In this document: positions 17,505 through 27,594 of the stretch, one piece after another
Numbering within the stretch: position 1 is the stretch's first letter
How the letters are laid out: the number at the start of each line of letters is the position of its first letter
Assembly: GCA_963664015.2 (NCBI GenBank)
Contig: CAXXLF010000002.1
Coordinates: forward strand, 1,248,001 to 1,312,000
DNA length: 64,000 nt
Source: Candidatus Binatia bacterium
GTDB taxonomy: Bacteria > Desulfobacterota > Binatia > UBA9968 > CAXXLF01
Direction of reading: 5' to 3'
Translations under genes and position numbers: made by a program
Notes under the pieces: model-generated
What the model saw: only the letters and a program-made list of their open reading frames with translations
What the model was told of the DNA's origin: nothing
Databases searched by the model: none

Positions 17505-18704
17505 CGCACAACGAGTCCGAGACAATCTGGACCCGACCGTTTGTTCTATTGTGCCTTACCGAATTTTTGAGTTACGGCCACAACTCGTTACTCACCCCCA
17601 CGCTTCCCCTCTACATAACGCACATGGGAGGAACCCCTATTTTAGTCGGTGTCATGCTGGCCGTTTTCTGCGCTACGAGTGTTTTAGTCAGACCCAAGAT
17701 CGGCTATTGGGCTGATACCTGGAGCTACGCCGGGATTCTTTCCCTGGGTTCGTTATTACTCGGCATCAGCGTTCTTCTCTATCTCTTTTCCGTCACAACC
17801 GCGCTCATTATATCCAACGGGTTTCGTGGCATCGGCTGGGCGGGACTCAATACCGGCGGGTACTCTCTCCTGGCTCACAGTGCACCTGACAAGCGCCGCG
17901 GAGAGGCTTCAGGCTACTATTCAAGTTTTCAAAGTTGTGCCCACGTCCTCTTCCCGGCTCTGGCCCTTTGGATCCTCGATGCCCATTGGGGGGGATTCAA
18001 TGCCGTGATCTTCTTATCGGCCACACTCGCCCTGCTTGGGGGCGGTATCGGATTCATCCTCAAACCCATGACCGAGCAGGCCGCTGCAAAGTCGTCCGCT
18101 TCCCCGTCAACAAGGCAAGGCCAACGGGCGACCTCAACTCTGGTGGATAGAAACGTTCTGGTCGCAGCCGCGTTGCTCTTTTGCATGTACCTTATCTATG
18201 CCGACTACCACGAGTTTTATTATTCTCCACGCAAAGGAGTTGGGGATCGAGGGTATGGGTTGGTATTTCGTTGCCAGTGGCCTCACTCACGTTTTGGGTC
18301 GACCTATCTTCGGTCGGCTCTCTGATCGGATCGGTAGGGGCCGGTCCGTCGCAATGGCCTTCGGTCTGGAACTGGCAGGATTGTTCCTGCTAATGATGGC
18401 ACCGGACCTAGCCGTTATCGTTTTAGGTGGGGTTCTTTACGCTGTCGGTACTGCACTGGGAACGGCAACCACGATGGCCATGGCCATTGAGGTGGCCGAT
18501 CCAAAGCACCGAGGGGTAGCCATGGCAACCTTTTCGACCGCCTATCCACTCAGCGTCGGACTGGGTGCCATCCTCACGGGAACCGTAATAGAAATAGCTG
18601 GCTTCACCTGGATGTTTATGACTTCGATGATAACAACGGCATTGGGGTTGATAGTCACGATGCTATATTGGTCGAGCCTTGACGGTCACAGCCGTGCTGT
18701 TTAA
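17501..18704 (+). pseudogene. MFS transporter (copy 2), frameshifted near 18190
   Basis: Starts MTHNESETIWTRPF (ATGA overlap); one extra C in TAC-C-TTA-TCT-ATG shifts the frame; the C-half continues as ORF 18198-18704. Confidence 0.8.
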
Positions 18705-18734
18705 TCGTACTCCAAGATATTAACTACGGGCGCT

Positions 18735-19937
18735 ATGATCCAAGGAAATTCTGATACCATCTGGTCCCGGTCCTTTATCATTCTGTGTGTGGCAGAGTTC
18801 CTCGGTTACGCCAATCACGCGTTGCTCATCCCTACCCTTCCCCTGTATGTAAGCCAAATGGGTAACTCCCCCTTTATGGTGGGGGTTGTCCTGGCATCCT
18901 TCAGTATTTTTAGTGTTTTACTTCGGCCGACTATCGGTACTTGGGCGGATTCCTGGAGTTATGGAGGGGTCCTCACCATCGGGGCGCTCATTACGGGCCT
19001 GAGCGTTCTTCTCTTCTTCTTCCCCGTGACGGCAATGCTCATGGCAGCCAACGCCACTCGGGGTGTCGGTTGGGCAGCCCTCAATACGGGCGGCTATTCG
19101 TTGTTGGCCCACAGTGCACCGGATCGGCGCCGTGGCGAGGCCGCCGGCTACTACTCGGGATTTCAAAACGGTGCCCATATCGTCTTTCCGGCCTTGGGCT
19201 TATGGTTGATTGAAGCTCCTTGGGGCGGCTTTCATAGAGTCATCGCCATGGCAGCTTCCGTCGGATTGATGGGCAGTATGATGGGATTTTATCTCAAACG
19301 CCTCACCGAACGGGCCACGCCAAAAACGCAACCGGCAACCGGTGCGAGGCAAGGGCGACCGGGGTCCATCGCCGTGGTTAATCCAAAGATAGTGCTCGTT
19401 GCCGCCCTGCTCTTCTGCCTGCACATCTCGATGCCTGTTGCGGCCGGCTTTCTTCCCCTCTATGCCAAGTCCGTAGGCATCGAAGGCGTGGGGTGGTATT
19501 TCGTTGCCAGCGGCCTGACCCAGGTTTTGGCCCGTCCGTTCCTTGGACTGGTCTCGGACCGGATCGGCCGAGGCCTATCGGTTGTCATAGCCTTCGTATT
19601 GGAACTCATCGGATTGTGTGTACTCATGATTGCACCTAACTTGATGATCCTGATGGTCGGTGGTGTTTTTTTTGCCACTGGAATCGCCATGGGAACTTCA
19701 AGCACAACGGCCATTGCCATAACCCTGGCCGAGCCTCGACACCGGGGTGTCACGATGGCAACCTTTTCAACCGCCTATCCATTGAGCATGGGGCTGGGTG
19801 CCATTCTCATAGGGTCCGCTATAACCATGGGAGGATTTCCTTGGATGTTTGTCGTCGCAATAATGGCAGGGACGTTAGGGTTGACGATGACACTCCTCTG
19901 TTGGTCCAGACTCGACCGGATGAGCCCGACTACCTAA
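18735..19937 (+). CDS. MFS transporter (copy 3)
   Basis: Paralog of copies 1 and 2 (NTGGYSLLAHSAP, SDRIGRG). Confidence 0.92.
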   Translation: MIQGNSDTIWSRSFIILCVAEFLGYANHALLIPTLPLYVSQMGNSPFMVGVVLASFSIFSVLLRPTIGTWADSWSYGGVLTIGALITGLSVLLFFFPVTAMLMAANATRGVGWAALNTGGYSLLAHSAPDRRRGEAAGYYSGFQNGAHIVFPALGLWLIEAPWGGFHRVIAMAASVGLMGSMMGFYLKRLTERATPKTQPATGARQGRPGSIAVVNPKIVLVAALLFCLHISMPVAAGFLPLYAKSVGIEGVGWYFVASGLTQVLARPFLGLVSDRIGRGLSVVIAFVLELIGLCVLMIAPNLMILMVGGVFFATGIAMGTSSTTAIAITLAEPRHRGVTMATFSTAYPLSMGLGAILIGSAITMGGFPWMFVVAIMAGTLGLTMTLLCWSRLDRMSPTT

Positions 19938-20107
19938 TCTGATCGCAAGCACGAGCACCCTTGTCAGCAATCTATTCTGTACCACCGGATTAACGAGCCC
20001 TTACCTTAATAGGTATTTTCGTCCAACTTTCGCCTACCAAACCTATCGAATCGGCAGAGGGTCGATCTTGAAAGACCACCCTCCATGGTGTATAGGTCTG
20101 TTTTACA

Positions 20108-20881
20108 ATGAAATTTCAGCATGTTCTGGTCGAAAAAGAGGGCCCTGTTGCATTGGTTACCCTGAACCGTCCCAAGCAACTGAATGCCTTGTCCTACGAG
20201 CTTATAAAAGAGCTGAGCATCGCTATGGAGGCATTCGATCAGGATCCGGAGGTCCGGGTCATGATTCTGACAGGAGGGGAGCGGGTTTTTGCAGCAGGGG
20301 CGGATATCAAGGAGATGGCCGATGCAACTCCTTTCGATGAAGTCCTTACGGGTCGATTAGCTAATCGCGACAAGATTAACAAGCTTTCCAAACCCGTCAT
20401 CGCAGCTGTAAGCGGTTACGCCTTGGGTGGTGGATGCGAACTGGCCATGAGCTGTGATCTCATTATTGCTTCCGAAACGGCGAGGTTTGGCCAGCCCGAA
20501 ATTAACATAGGCACTATTCCCGGTAGCGGGGGAACTCAATGTTTGCCCCGAACCGTTGGAAAGTACCGTGCCATGGAATGGGTCTTAACCGGCGAACCCA
20601 TAGGTGCCATGGAGGCCGAACGTTGCGGCTTGGTCAATCGAATCGTTCCAGTAGAGAACCTGTTAGAAGAAGCCAAGACCCTGGCAAAAAAGATCGCTGC
20701 CAAGTCTCCTTTGGCCGTTAAATTGGCCAAGGAGGCTATCCTTAAATCCCTGAACACACCCCTGGACGAAGGGCTCGAATTCGAAAGAAAATCCTTTTAT
20801 GTCCTCTTTGGGTCCGAGGACAGAAAAGAAGGGATGCAGGCGTTTACGGAAAAACGCAAACCCGAGTTCAAGGGAAAGTAA
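20108..20881 (+). CDS. paaF: Enoyl-CoA hydratase (PaaF-like)
   Basis: FAAGADIKEM, ALGGGCELAM, FGQPEINIG. Confidence 0.85.
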   Translation: MKFQHVLVEKEGPVALVTLNRPKQLNALSYELIKELSIAMEAFDQDPEVRVMILTGGERVFAAGADIKEMADATPFDEVLTGRLANRDKINKLSKPVIAAVSGYALGGGCELAMSCDLIIASETARFGQPEINIGTIPGSGGTQCLPRTVGKYRAMEWVLTGEPIGAMEAERCGLVNRIVPVENLLEEAKTLAKKIAAKSPLAVKLAKEAILKSLNTPLDEGLEFERKSFYVLFGSEDRKEGMQAFTEKRKPEFKGK

Positions 20882-20893
20882 GGAGTCGAGGCC

Positions 20894-21673
20894 GTGAGCT
20901 ACGAAACCATCCTGTACGATAAAACCAACGGTGTCGCTACCGTTACTTTAAACCGCCCCCAGGCGCTGAATGCCTTCACGCCCCAAATGAACAGCGAAGT
21001 TACCGCTGCGCTCAAAGAGGCAGAACGGGACGAGGAGGTTCGATGCGTGGTTCTTACCGGCGCCGGTCGCGCCTTTTGTTCCGGCCAAGATCTAAAGGGC
21101 CGCACACACGAGCAACGGGGTTCCCTCGGACAATCCCTGAGGGAGCGGTATAATCCCATCATCCTCCGTATTCGAAAAATGGAGAAGGTGGTACTCGCCG
21201 CTGTCAACGGTATCGCTGCCGGTGCCGGATGCAATCTGGCTCTGAGCTGCGACCTCCGCATCGCCTCAGAGGGAACTCGATTTGTACAGGCCTTTGTTCG
21301 GGTAGGGTTAGCACCCGATTGCGGGGGTAGCTTCTTTCTTCCTCGGCTCATCGGGTTGAGCAAGGCCATGGAACTGCTACTGCTTGGCGAACCGGTGGAT
21401 GCTCAACAGGCTCTCAATCTCGGGCTGGTCGCCAAGGTTGTTCCGACCGGAGAGTTTGCCGAAGCGACTCGTCAAATGGCGGAGCAGATCGCGAGGGGTC
21501 CGCGGAGCGTCGGTTTGATCAAACGAGCGGTCAACCGGAGCCTCAGCGCCGACCTGGAAAGCCAACTCGAATACGAGGCCCAGTTGCAAGAGATTGCCGG
21601 ACGAAGCACAGATTTCGATGAAGGCGTTCAAGCCTTTTTGGAGAAACGAACCCCGGTATTTACGGGAAAGTAA
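20894..21673 (+). CDS. paaG: Crotonase-family isomerase (PaaG-like)
   Basis: FCSGQDL, YNPIILRI, AAGAGCNLAL, GLAPDCGG; follows paaF. Confidence 0.75.
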   Translation: MSYETILYDKTNGVATVTLNRPQALNAFTPQMNSEVTAALKEAERDEEVRCVVLTGAGRAFCSGQDLKGRTHEQRGSLGQSLRERYNPIILRIRKMEKVVLAAVNGIAAGAGCNLALSCDLRIASEGTRFVQAFVRVGLAPDCGGSFFLPRLIGLSKAMELLLLGEPVDAQQALNLGLVAKVVPTGEFAEATRQMAEQIARGPRSVGLIKRAVNRSLSADLESQLEYEAQLQEIAGRSTDFDEGVQAFLEKRTPVFTGK

Positions 21674-21692
21674 GCATTCCAACTCCGAACCA

Positions 21693-22559
21693 ATGGCCAT
21701 AAACAAATCACTGATCGGTGTTGTCGGTGCCGGAACCATGGGGGCGGGAATTGCCCAGGTTGCAGCGCAGGCGGGTTTCGAAACCCTGCTCTACGATGTC
21801 AAACAGGAGTTCATCGACAAGGGACTGGGAAGAATCCGGACCTTTATTCAAGGTAGTAAGGATCGGGGGAAAATATCCGCGGAGGAAGCAGAACGGGTTT
21901 TAGCCCGCCTCACGGGCACCCTCAAACTAGAGGACCTTGGCCCGGCACGGATCGTCATCGAGGCGGCGCCGGAGAATCTTGATCTCAAGCGTGAGATCTA
22001 CCAAAAACTGGACACTGCCAGTGAACCTGAAACGTTACTTGCCAGCAACACTTCATCCCTATCCGTTACAGCTATCGCGGCAGCCATTAAAAACCCGGGC
22101 CGCGTCCTGGGCATGCATTTCTTCAATCCCCCGCCACTCATGGCCCTGGTGGAGGTTATCCAAGGGGAACAAACGAGTTCCCAAACCATGGATGAGGCCG
22201 TCGAATTAGTACGATTGTTAAAGAAGACCCCTGTCCGAACCAAAGACACACCAGGATTCGTTGTTAACAGGATCGCCCGGCCCTTTTACAATGAAGCGCT
22301 GCGAATTCTGGAAGATGGACAGATCACGGTGGATGTAATTGACCACATCATGAAGGGCGCCGGAAAATTTCGCATGGGACCTTTTGAGCTCATGGATCTC
22401 ATCGGCATCGACATTAACTTCACGGCGACGGAATCCATGTACCGGGCCTTTTTTCTCGATCCACGATTTCGCCCGAGCCCCATTCAACAAAAGATGTTCC
22501 AGGCAGGCCATCTGGGAAGAAAAACGGGGCGGGGGTTTTACAAATATGAGTCCAAATAG
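21693..22559 (+). CDS. paaH: 3-hydroxyacyl-CoA dehydrogenase (PaaH-like, NAD-binding half)
   Basis: GVVGAGTMGAGIAQ, ASNTSSL, GMHFFNP, RMGPFELMD. Confidence 0.85.
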   Translation: MAINKSLIGVVGAGTMGAGIAQVAAQAGFETLLYDVKQEFIDKGLGRIRTFIQGSKDRGKISAEEAERVLARLTGTLKLEDLGPARIVIEAAPENLDLKREIYQKLDTASEPETLLASNTSSLSVTAIAAAIKNPGRVLGMHFFNPPPLMALVEVIQGEQTSSQTMDEAVELVRLLKKTPVRTKDTPGFVVNRIARPFYNEALRILEDGQITVDVIDHIMKGAGKFRMGPFELMDLIGIDINFTATESMYRAFFLDPRFRPSPIQQKMFQAGHLGRKTGRGFYKYESK

Positions 22560-23292
22560 CCCAGTTCAAGTGGCCATCGTCGGGACCAATCGGCTGGCGG
22601 GGGAGTTACTGCGTCTGTGCCAGGGCCACGGATTGCAGGCAAGCCCCTATTCGGGAGCCGAGAAGGTAACGGCCTCCACCAGCCTAGCCATAGAGACCCT
22701 TGCTGGGACTGAAGCGGAAAAGAAACGGAATATCGAAAAGCTAGACCAAAAGCTATCGGCGCCTGCGGTCATTGTTAGCTCGTGCCTCGGATTCTCGGCC
22801 ACACACATTGCTTCCTGGACGAGCCGGCCGGAACGAGTTGTCGGATTCGCGACTTTCTATCCGGCGGAAGAGAAAAAGGTCATTGAGCTCACCGCAGGGT
22901 TGAGGACTGATGAACCGTCCTTGGCCCAAACCGAAAACTTTTTTCAAGCACTGGGGAAGGAGACGGCTCGCGTCAAAGACATGCCTGGTCTGATTTTCCC
23001 CCGCATCCTAAGCCTCATCATCAATGAAGCGGCACGGAGTCTTGACGAAGGAGTCGCAGCAGCAGAAGACATCGATACGGCGCTGCGCCTTGGGACAAAT
23101 TATCCGCTGGGTCCCCTTCGCTGGGCAGACCAAGTGGGATTGGATGAAGTCCTTACGGTGCTCGAAGGCCTGCAACGGGAAACCGGCGACGATCGTTATC
23201 GGCCAACCCCGTTACTCAAGCGGATGGTGTTGGCAGGTCGCCTGGGCGAATTCAGCGGAGAGGGTTTTTATCAATACAACAAGGAACCGTAA
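22546..23292 (+). CDS. 3-hydroxyacyl-CoA dehydrogenase C-terminal-type protein (degenerate second module)
   Basis: LIINEAARSLDEGVA, GTNYPLGPLRWAD; lacks GxGxxG and the catalytic His. Confidence 0.8.
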   Translation: MSPNSPVQVAIVGTNRLAGELLRLCQGHGLQASPYSGAEKVTASTSLAIETLAGTEAEKKRNIEKLDQKLSAPAVIVSSCLGFSATHIASWTSRPERVVGFATFYPAEEKKVIELTAGLRTDEPSLAQTENFFQALGKETARVKDMPGLIFPRILSLIINEAARSLDEGVAAAEDIDTALRLGTNYPLGPLRWADQVGLDEVLTVLEGLQRETGDDRYRPTPLLKRMVLAGRLGEFSGEGFYQYNKEP

Positions 23293-23349
23293 AGTCGATC
23301 ATCAGCCGATTCAGGAGCTGCGCCTGATGGATCTCCTAGAGAAAAAATA

Positions 23350-24552
23350 ATGAGCAAAGCAGTCATCATTGACGCCATTCGCACACCCATGGGTCGTCAT
23401 GGGGGCATCCTCAAAGAAATCCGCCCCGACGACCTGGCCGCCTTCTTGATTCGGAAACTCGTTGAACGAACCGGCATCAACCAGGATGAAATCGAGGACG
23501 TCTATCTCGGGTGTACGAACCAGGCAGGTGAGGATTCACGTAACATTGGTCGGAACGCAGCACTCCTGGCAGGCCTGCCCTATACGGTTCCCGGGACGAC
23601 GGTCAACCGCCTGTGCGGGTCAGGACTGGAAGCGATCAATCAAGTCCAGCGGGCCATTGAAGCGGGGGATGGGGATCTCTTTATCGCCGGGGGCGTCGAG
23701 AATATGACGCGTTCCCCCTGGGTCATGGGAAAAAACGCCGTTCCTTTCAAACAGGGAAATGTCACGGCCTACGATAGCACCTTGGGGTGGCGCTTTCCCA
23801 ACCCCAGCCTAGGAGAACTCTACCCCCTGAACAGCAATGGGGTAACCGCGGAAAACATTGCTGAGAAATATAAGATCAACCGTGAGGATCAGGATACCTT
23901 CGCACTGGAAAGCCATCAGTGGGCCATTCGCGCCCATGAGCAGGGACTCCTCAAGCATGAAATCATCCCCGTCGAAGTTCCGCAACATAAAGGTCCGGCG
24001 ATCATCCATGATAAAGACGAAGGCCCCAGACCCGACACTTCATTGGAAAAACTCAAGGCGCTGAAATCGGTTTTCAAGGAGAACGGTACGGTCACTGCGG
24101 GCAACTCTTCTCCCCTTTCCGATGGAGCGGCCGTCCTGCTCATGGCCAGTGAGGACAGGGCAAGGAGTTTAGGCCTAAAACCATTGGTGCGCATCCTGTC
24201 GTCGGCTGTTGCCGGTGTTCACCCCTCCTACTTTGGTATCGGCCCCGTACCGGCCACCCAGAAAGCGCTAACGAGGGCCCAACTCACGATCGATCAACTG
24301 GACCGGATCGAGATCAACGAGGCCTTTGCCTCCCAATCCCTTGCGTGTATTCGGGAGTTGGGCATAGACAGGAAAAATGTCAACGTCCATGGCGGGGCGA
24401 TTGCCCTAGGCCACCCCCTGGGTTGCAGCGGGGCACGGATCATGACAACCCTGGTCCATGAGCTAACGAGACAGAGACACCGATATGGCCTGGCCACATT
24501 ATGTATCGGTGTTGGCCAGGGTATTTCAACTATTGTAGAGCGTGTGGATTAG
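23350..24552 (+). CDS. paaJ: Thiolase (PaaJ/PcaF-like)
   Basis: [36 protein letters not shown]. Confidence 0.85.
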   Translation: MSKAVIIDAIRTPMGRHGGILKEIRPDDLAAFLIRKLVERTGINQDEIEDVYLGCTNQAGEDSRNIGRNAALLAGLPYTVPGTTVNRLCGSGLEAINQVQRAIEAGDGDLFIAGGVENMTRSPWVMGKNAVPFKQGNVTAYDSTLGWRFPNPSLGELYPLNSNGVTAENIAEKYKINREDQDTFALESHQWAIRAHEQGLLKHEIIPVEVPQHKGPAIIHDKDEGPRPDTSLEKLKALKSVFKENGTVTAGNSSPLSDGAAVLLMASEDRARSLGLKPLVRILSSAVAGVHPSYFGIGPVPATQKALTRAQLTIDQLDRIEINEAFASQSLACIRELGIDRKNVNVHGGAIALGHPLGCSGARIMTTLVHELTRQRHRYGLATLCIGVGQGISTIVERVD

Positions 24553-24579
24553 ACGGCCCTTCGGTCTTCTCCCAACACC

Positions 24580-27198
24580 ATGAAGAAAAAGACGCAGACG
24601 GCTCTCACCCTTATTTTCGCCGCTGTCGTTCTCCTCATCGTTTTTCTCACTGTCACGCTTAACGCCCTGGTGGATAAGAACCGGGAGAATATCCGGTTGG
24701 AGATCCAACGGCACCTGGGTAGGAATCTATCTTTTAAAAACGTTACGTTGGATCTTTGGGCTGGACCCGGGCTATCCGCCACCGACTTACGCATCGCAGA
24801 CGATCCACGCTTTGCAGCCACACCTCTGATCCAGACAAAAGAACTAAAAATGCAGGTCCGTTGGTTACCTCTTCTTTTAGGAAAAGTCGAGATCAAGACA
24901 TTGATACTGAGCGAACCCGAATTCCAAATTATCAAAAACGAGGAAGGGAAGTTCAATATCTTCGCGACCCCGGAACCGGGCCCAACCGGAACCGAAAGTA
25001 GGCCAAGGCCAACGGCCAAACGCTCATTTTCCCTGTCCTTTCCTGTATCCGGTTTAAAGATCAACGGCGGGTCCATTCACTACGTCGACCGATCCACGAA
25101 GGAACCAGTGGTGCTGCGGTTGTACAACCTGGATCTGAACCTTTCCGCCGTTGGACCTTCAAGAGAGGCTGACATTGAACTCTCCGCAAACTTTCTCAAT
25201 GGAAACGAACCAAACGTAAGACTCAAGGGCCAACTGGGACCGCTTCAATCGGTTAAGAATTGGAATCGATCACCGGTCAATCTGCAGGTGCTCATTGAAG
25301 CATTGCCCTTCCCCAAGTTGACCAGCGCCATTCCCATACTCAGAGAGAGAATACCATCCTACCTAAACATCAACGGGCCATTGGCGCTCGAGACCAGGGT
25401 GACCGGTACCCTCGGACAACCACATATGACCGGGCTAACCTTGACGGGAGCCTTCTTCGGTTCTTCAACTAACAATGTGAAGCTCACCGCCGACCTGGAT
25501 ATGTCCCAGGGACTGCAGGAACAGGCTTCCATCAAGGGAGAAGTTATCGTTGAGTCGGTCCTTCTGGAGCGACTCAGGGAGATCCCTATAGTGGAACGGA
25601 TGCTTCCCAGTGCCCTGACTGCCAAGGGACCGCTAGTTCTGTTTGGCGAAATCAATGGGAATGCACAGGAGTTTCAGGTTTACGCGTCGCTCGATGGGGC
25701 TGGCAGCGAGATCGCATACGGGAAGTGGCTGACTAAACCCAAAGGCATTCCTGCCAAGGTGGAGATTCGAGCCACACGCAAGGAGGGCCGAATCTCCTTA
25801 TATAACTCCACCTTTACGATCCATAACGCCAAAGTGGGTTTCTCCGGTTTGCTGGAAGAGAAACCAGAGCGGCTCCTCCGGCTTCAACTTCAAACTGAAT
25901 TCCTGGACATATCGGGATGGGATCAGTTTTTAATTCCGGTATCGGACTACGATATGGCGGGTAAGGTAAGATTGGACCTATCGATTCAGAAGACCTTCTC
26001 CCCCCAGCGCCACGATTGGAATCTTCAAGGTTTTGTGACCCTAAACGATTTACGCCTTCAGAAGAAGGGAAGCAAAAGCGCCGTGGAAGGGATCACGTCG
26101 CAAATTACCTTCTTGGGCCAAGAGGCCAGAGTGGATAAATTACAGTTTCGCGTGGGGGCAACCGAATTCACTCTTCAAGGGAACCTGAGAGACCTGGCTA
26201 AGCCTACGGTACGGTATCGACTGAGTTCTCCCAGGGTCAACCTCTCCGACTTTACCAGTCTTCCCGAATACAAGGCCGACTGGATCAGGAACCTTAGCAG
26301 TGAAGGGTCATTTCAATTCACAAGCACGACTACAACAATGAATGCCGGGTTTCGCTTGGCTGAAGGCCAATTGCAGGAATTGCCCTATCGAAATCTCCAG
26401 GGACAGATCCTCTGGGACTCTAAACAACTGACCGTCAAAGAATTTGCCTTCGAAGCGTTGGGCGGGAACTTCAAAGGGCAAGGAGTATGGGAAAAGGAAA
26501 ACGACCAATGGTCCCGCTTCACATTTTACTCCAAGGTTGAGGGTGTTGACATGAAGGAGCTGCTACCCCGCCTCTCTCCAGAATTTCCCGACGGGTTTGA
26601 AGGGAAACTCAACTTTGAGGCCAAGCTCAAAGGGTGGGGAGAGAATTGGGAAACGATTCAAAAGACCCTCGTGGGGCAGGGCCAAGCGGAAGTCAAAAAC
26701 GGTGCGCTCAGAGATGTCAATTTAATTAGGCGAGTGCTCTCCCGGGTCACTGGATTACCAGGAGTAGGCAGCCTCACTTCATCCTCCCTTTCGTCCCGAT
26801 ACGGGAGCATCTTTAAGAGGCAGAACACTCCGTACGATACCATGACGGCCTCTTTCCAAGTCGAGGAGGGACGCTTCCGGACCCGAGACTTTTTCCTTAC
26901 CGCTGAAGATTATTCGATCAGAGCTGAAGGCTGGATTGGATTCGATAGTAGCATGGGGTGGGATGCAGACCTCTCTCTCTCCCGTCCCCTCACGAGAGAA
27001 CTAACGCGAAGCCATAAAAACATTCGCTATCTAGCAAACAAGAAAGGCCGGTTGGCAGTTCCATTCGGGCTAACAGGCTCCCTACCTCGCATGGAACCCA
27101 AACCCAACTTAAAAAGATTGGCAGGCCTCATCCAGGAAGGACTGAACCAAGCGACAAAAGAGGAGGCCACTAAAGCCAGGAAAACCGAGGCCAAGTAG
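24580..27198 (+). CDS. AsmA family (bridge-like lipid transfer) protein
   Basis: N-terminal TM anchor, LPLLLGKVEIKTLIL, long beta-rich body, C-terminal VPFGLTGSL. Confidence 0.85.
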   Translation: MKKKTQTALTLIFAAVVLLIVFLTVTLNALVDKNRENIRLEIQRHLGRNLSFKNVTLDLWAGPGLSATDLRIADDPRFAATPLIQTKELKMQVRWLPLLLGKVEIKTLILSEPEFQIIKNEEGKFNIFATPEPGPTGTESRPRPTAKRSFSLSFPVSGLKINGGSIHYVDRSTKEPVVLRLYNLDLNLSAVGPSREADIELSANFLNGNEPNVRLKGQLGPLQSVKNWNRSPVNLQVLIEALPFPKLTSAIPILRERIPSYLNINGPLALETRVTGTLGQPHMTGLTLTGAFFGSSTNNVKLTADLDMSQGLQEQASIKGEVIVESVLLERLREIPIVERMLPSALTAKGPLVLFGEINGNAQEFQVYASLDGAGSEIAYGKWLTKPKGIPAKVEIRATRKEGRISLYNSTFTIHNAKVGFSGLLEEKPERLLRLQLQTEFLDISGWDQFLIPVSDYDMAGKVRLDLSIQKTFSPQRHDWNLQGFVTLNDLRLQKKGSKSAVEGITSQITFLGQEARVDKLQFRVGATEFTLQGNLRDLAKPTVRYRLSSPRVNLSDFTSLPEYKADWIRNLSSEGSFQFTSTTTTMNAGFRLAEGQLQELPYRNLQGQILWDSKQLTVKEFAFEALGGNFKGQGVWEKENDQWSRFTFYSKVEGVDMKELLPRLSPEFPDGFEGKLNFEAKLKGWGENWETIQKTLVGQGQAEVKNGALRDVNLIRRVLSRVTGLPGVGSLTSSSLSSRYGSIFKRQNTPYDTMTASFQVEEGRFRTRDFFLTAEDYSIRAEGWIGFDSSMGWDADLSLSRPLTRELTRSHKNIRYLANKKGRLAVPFGLTGSLPRMEPKPNLKRLAGLIQEGLNQATKEEATKARKTEAK

Positions 27199-27318
27199 AC
27201 GTAAATCACCGAGAGGCGCTATCCACCTCCTCCAGCAAGAGCACTATCAGGGATTACCTTAGGCCTTTCCGCTCTGATCAACTGACTGAGAGCTGACGGG
27301 TGGTCGCTATGGTTGACA

Positions 27319-27594
27319 ATGAATCTGTGTAACATTTTTCTAAAGATCCGTACCGAAGACATCGCCTATCTGAAGTTTATTCTGGAATCCTACGAAGGTA
27401 TCGGTATTGTTCGAACCCTAGACCAGAGCCAAGCCATCGTTGTCATGATGGTTGCGGAAGATTTCCAGGACACCGCCCAGTCTATCCTCAGTTCCCTGCG
27501 TCGGGAAATCCCTCTAGTCGAGGTACCCCAGCCTCAAGATGTAAAGGACGATTGGCTCTTCAAGGAAATAAGCGAAAAAGAGACTTCAAGCTAA
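27319..27594 (+). CDS. DUF4911-like small protein
   Basis: IAYLKFILESYEGIGIVRTLD motif; TAATG coupling to rnr. Confidence 0.75.
   Translation: MNLCNIFLKIRTEDIAYLKFILESYEGIGIVRTLDQSQAIVVMMVAEDFQDTAQSILSSLRREIPLVEVPQPQDVKDDWLFKEISEKETSS

Noticed and set aside
16988-18325. 445-aa ORF as a single protein
   Set aside because: Its first 171 codons are an off-frame overlap of MFS copy 1; the real gene starts at 17501
20068-20096. TTGAAA-17-TATAGG promoter before paaF
   Set aside because: The -10 lacks the conserved final T; too weak to call without TSS data
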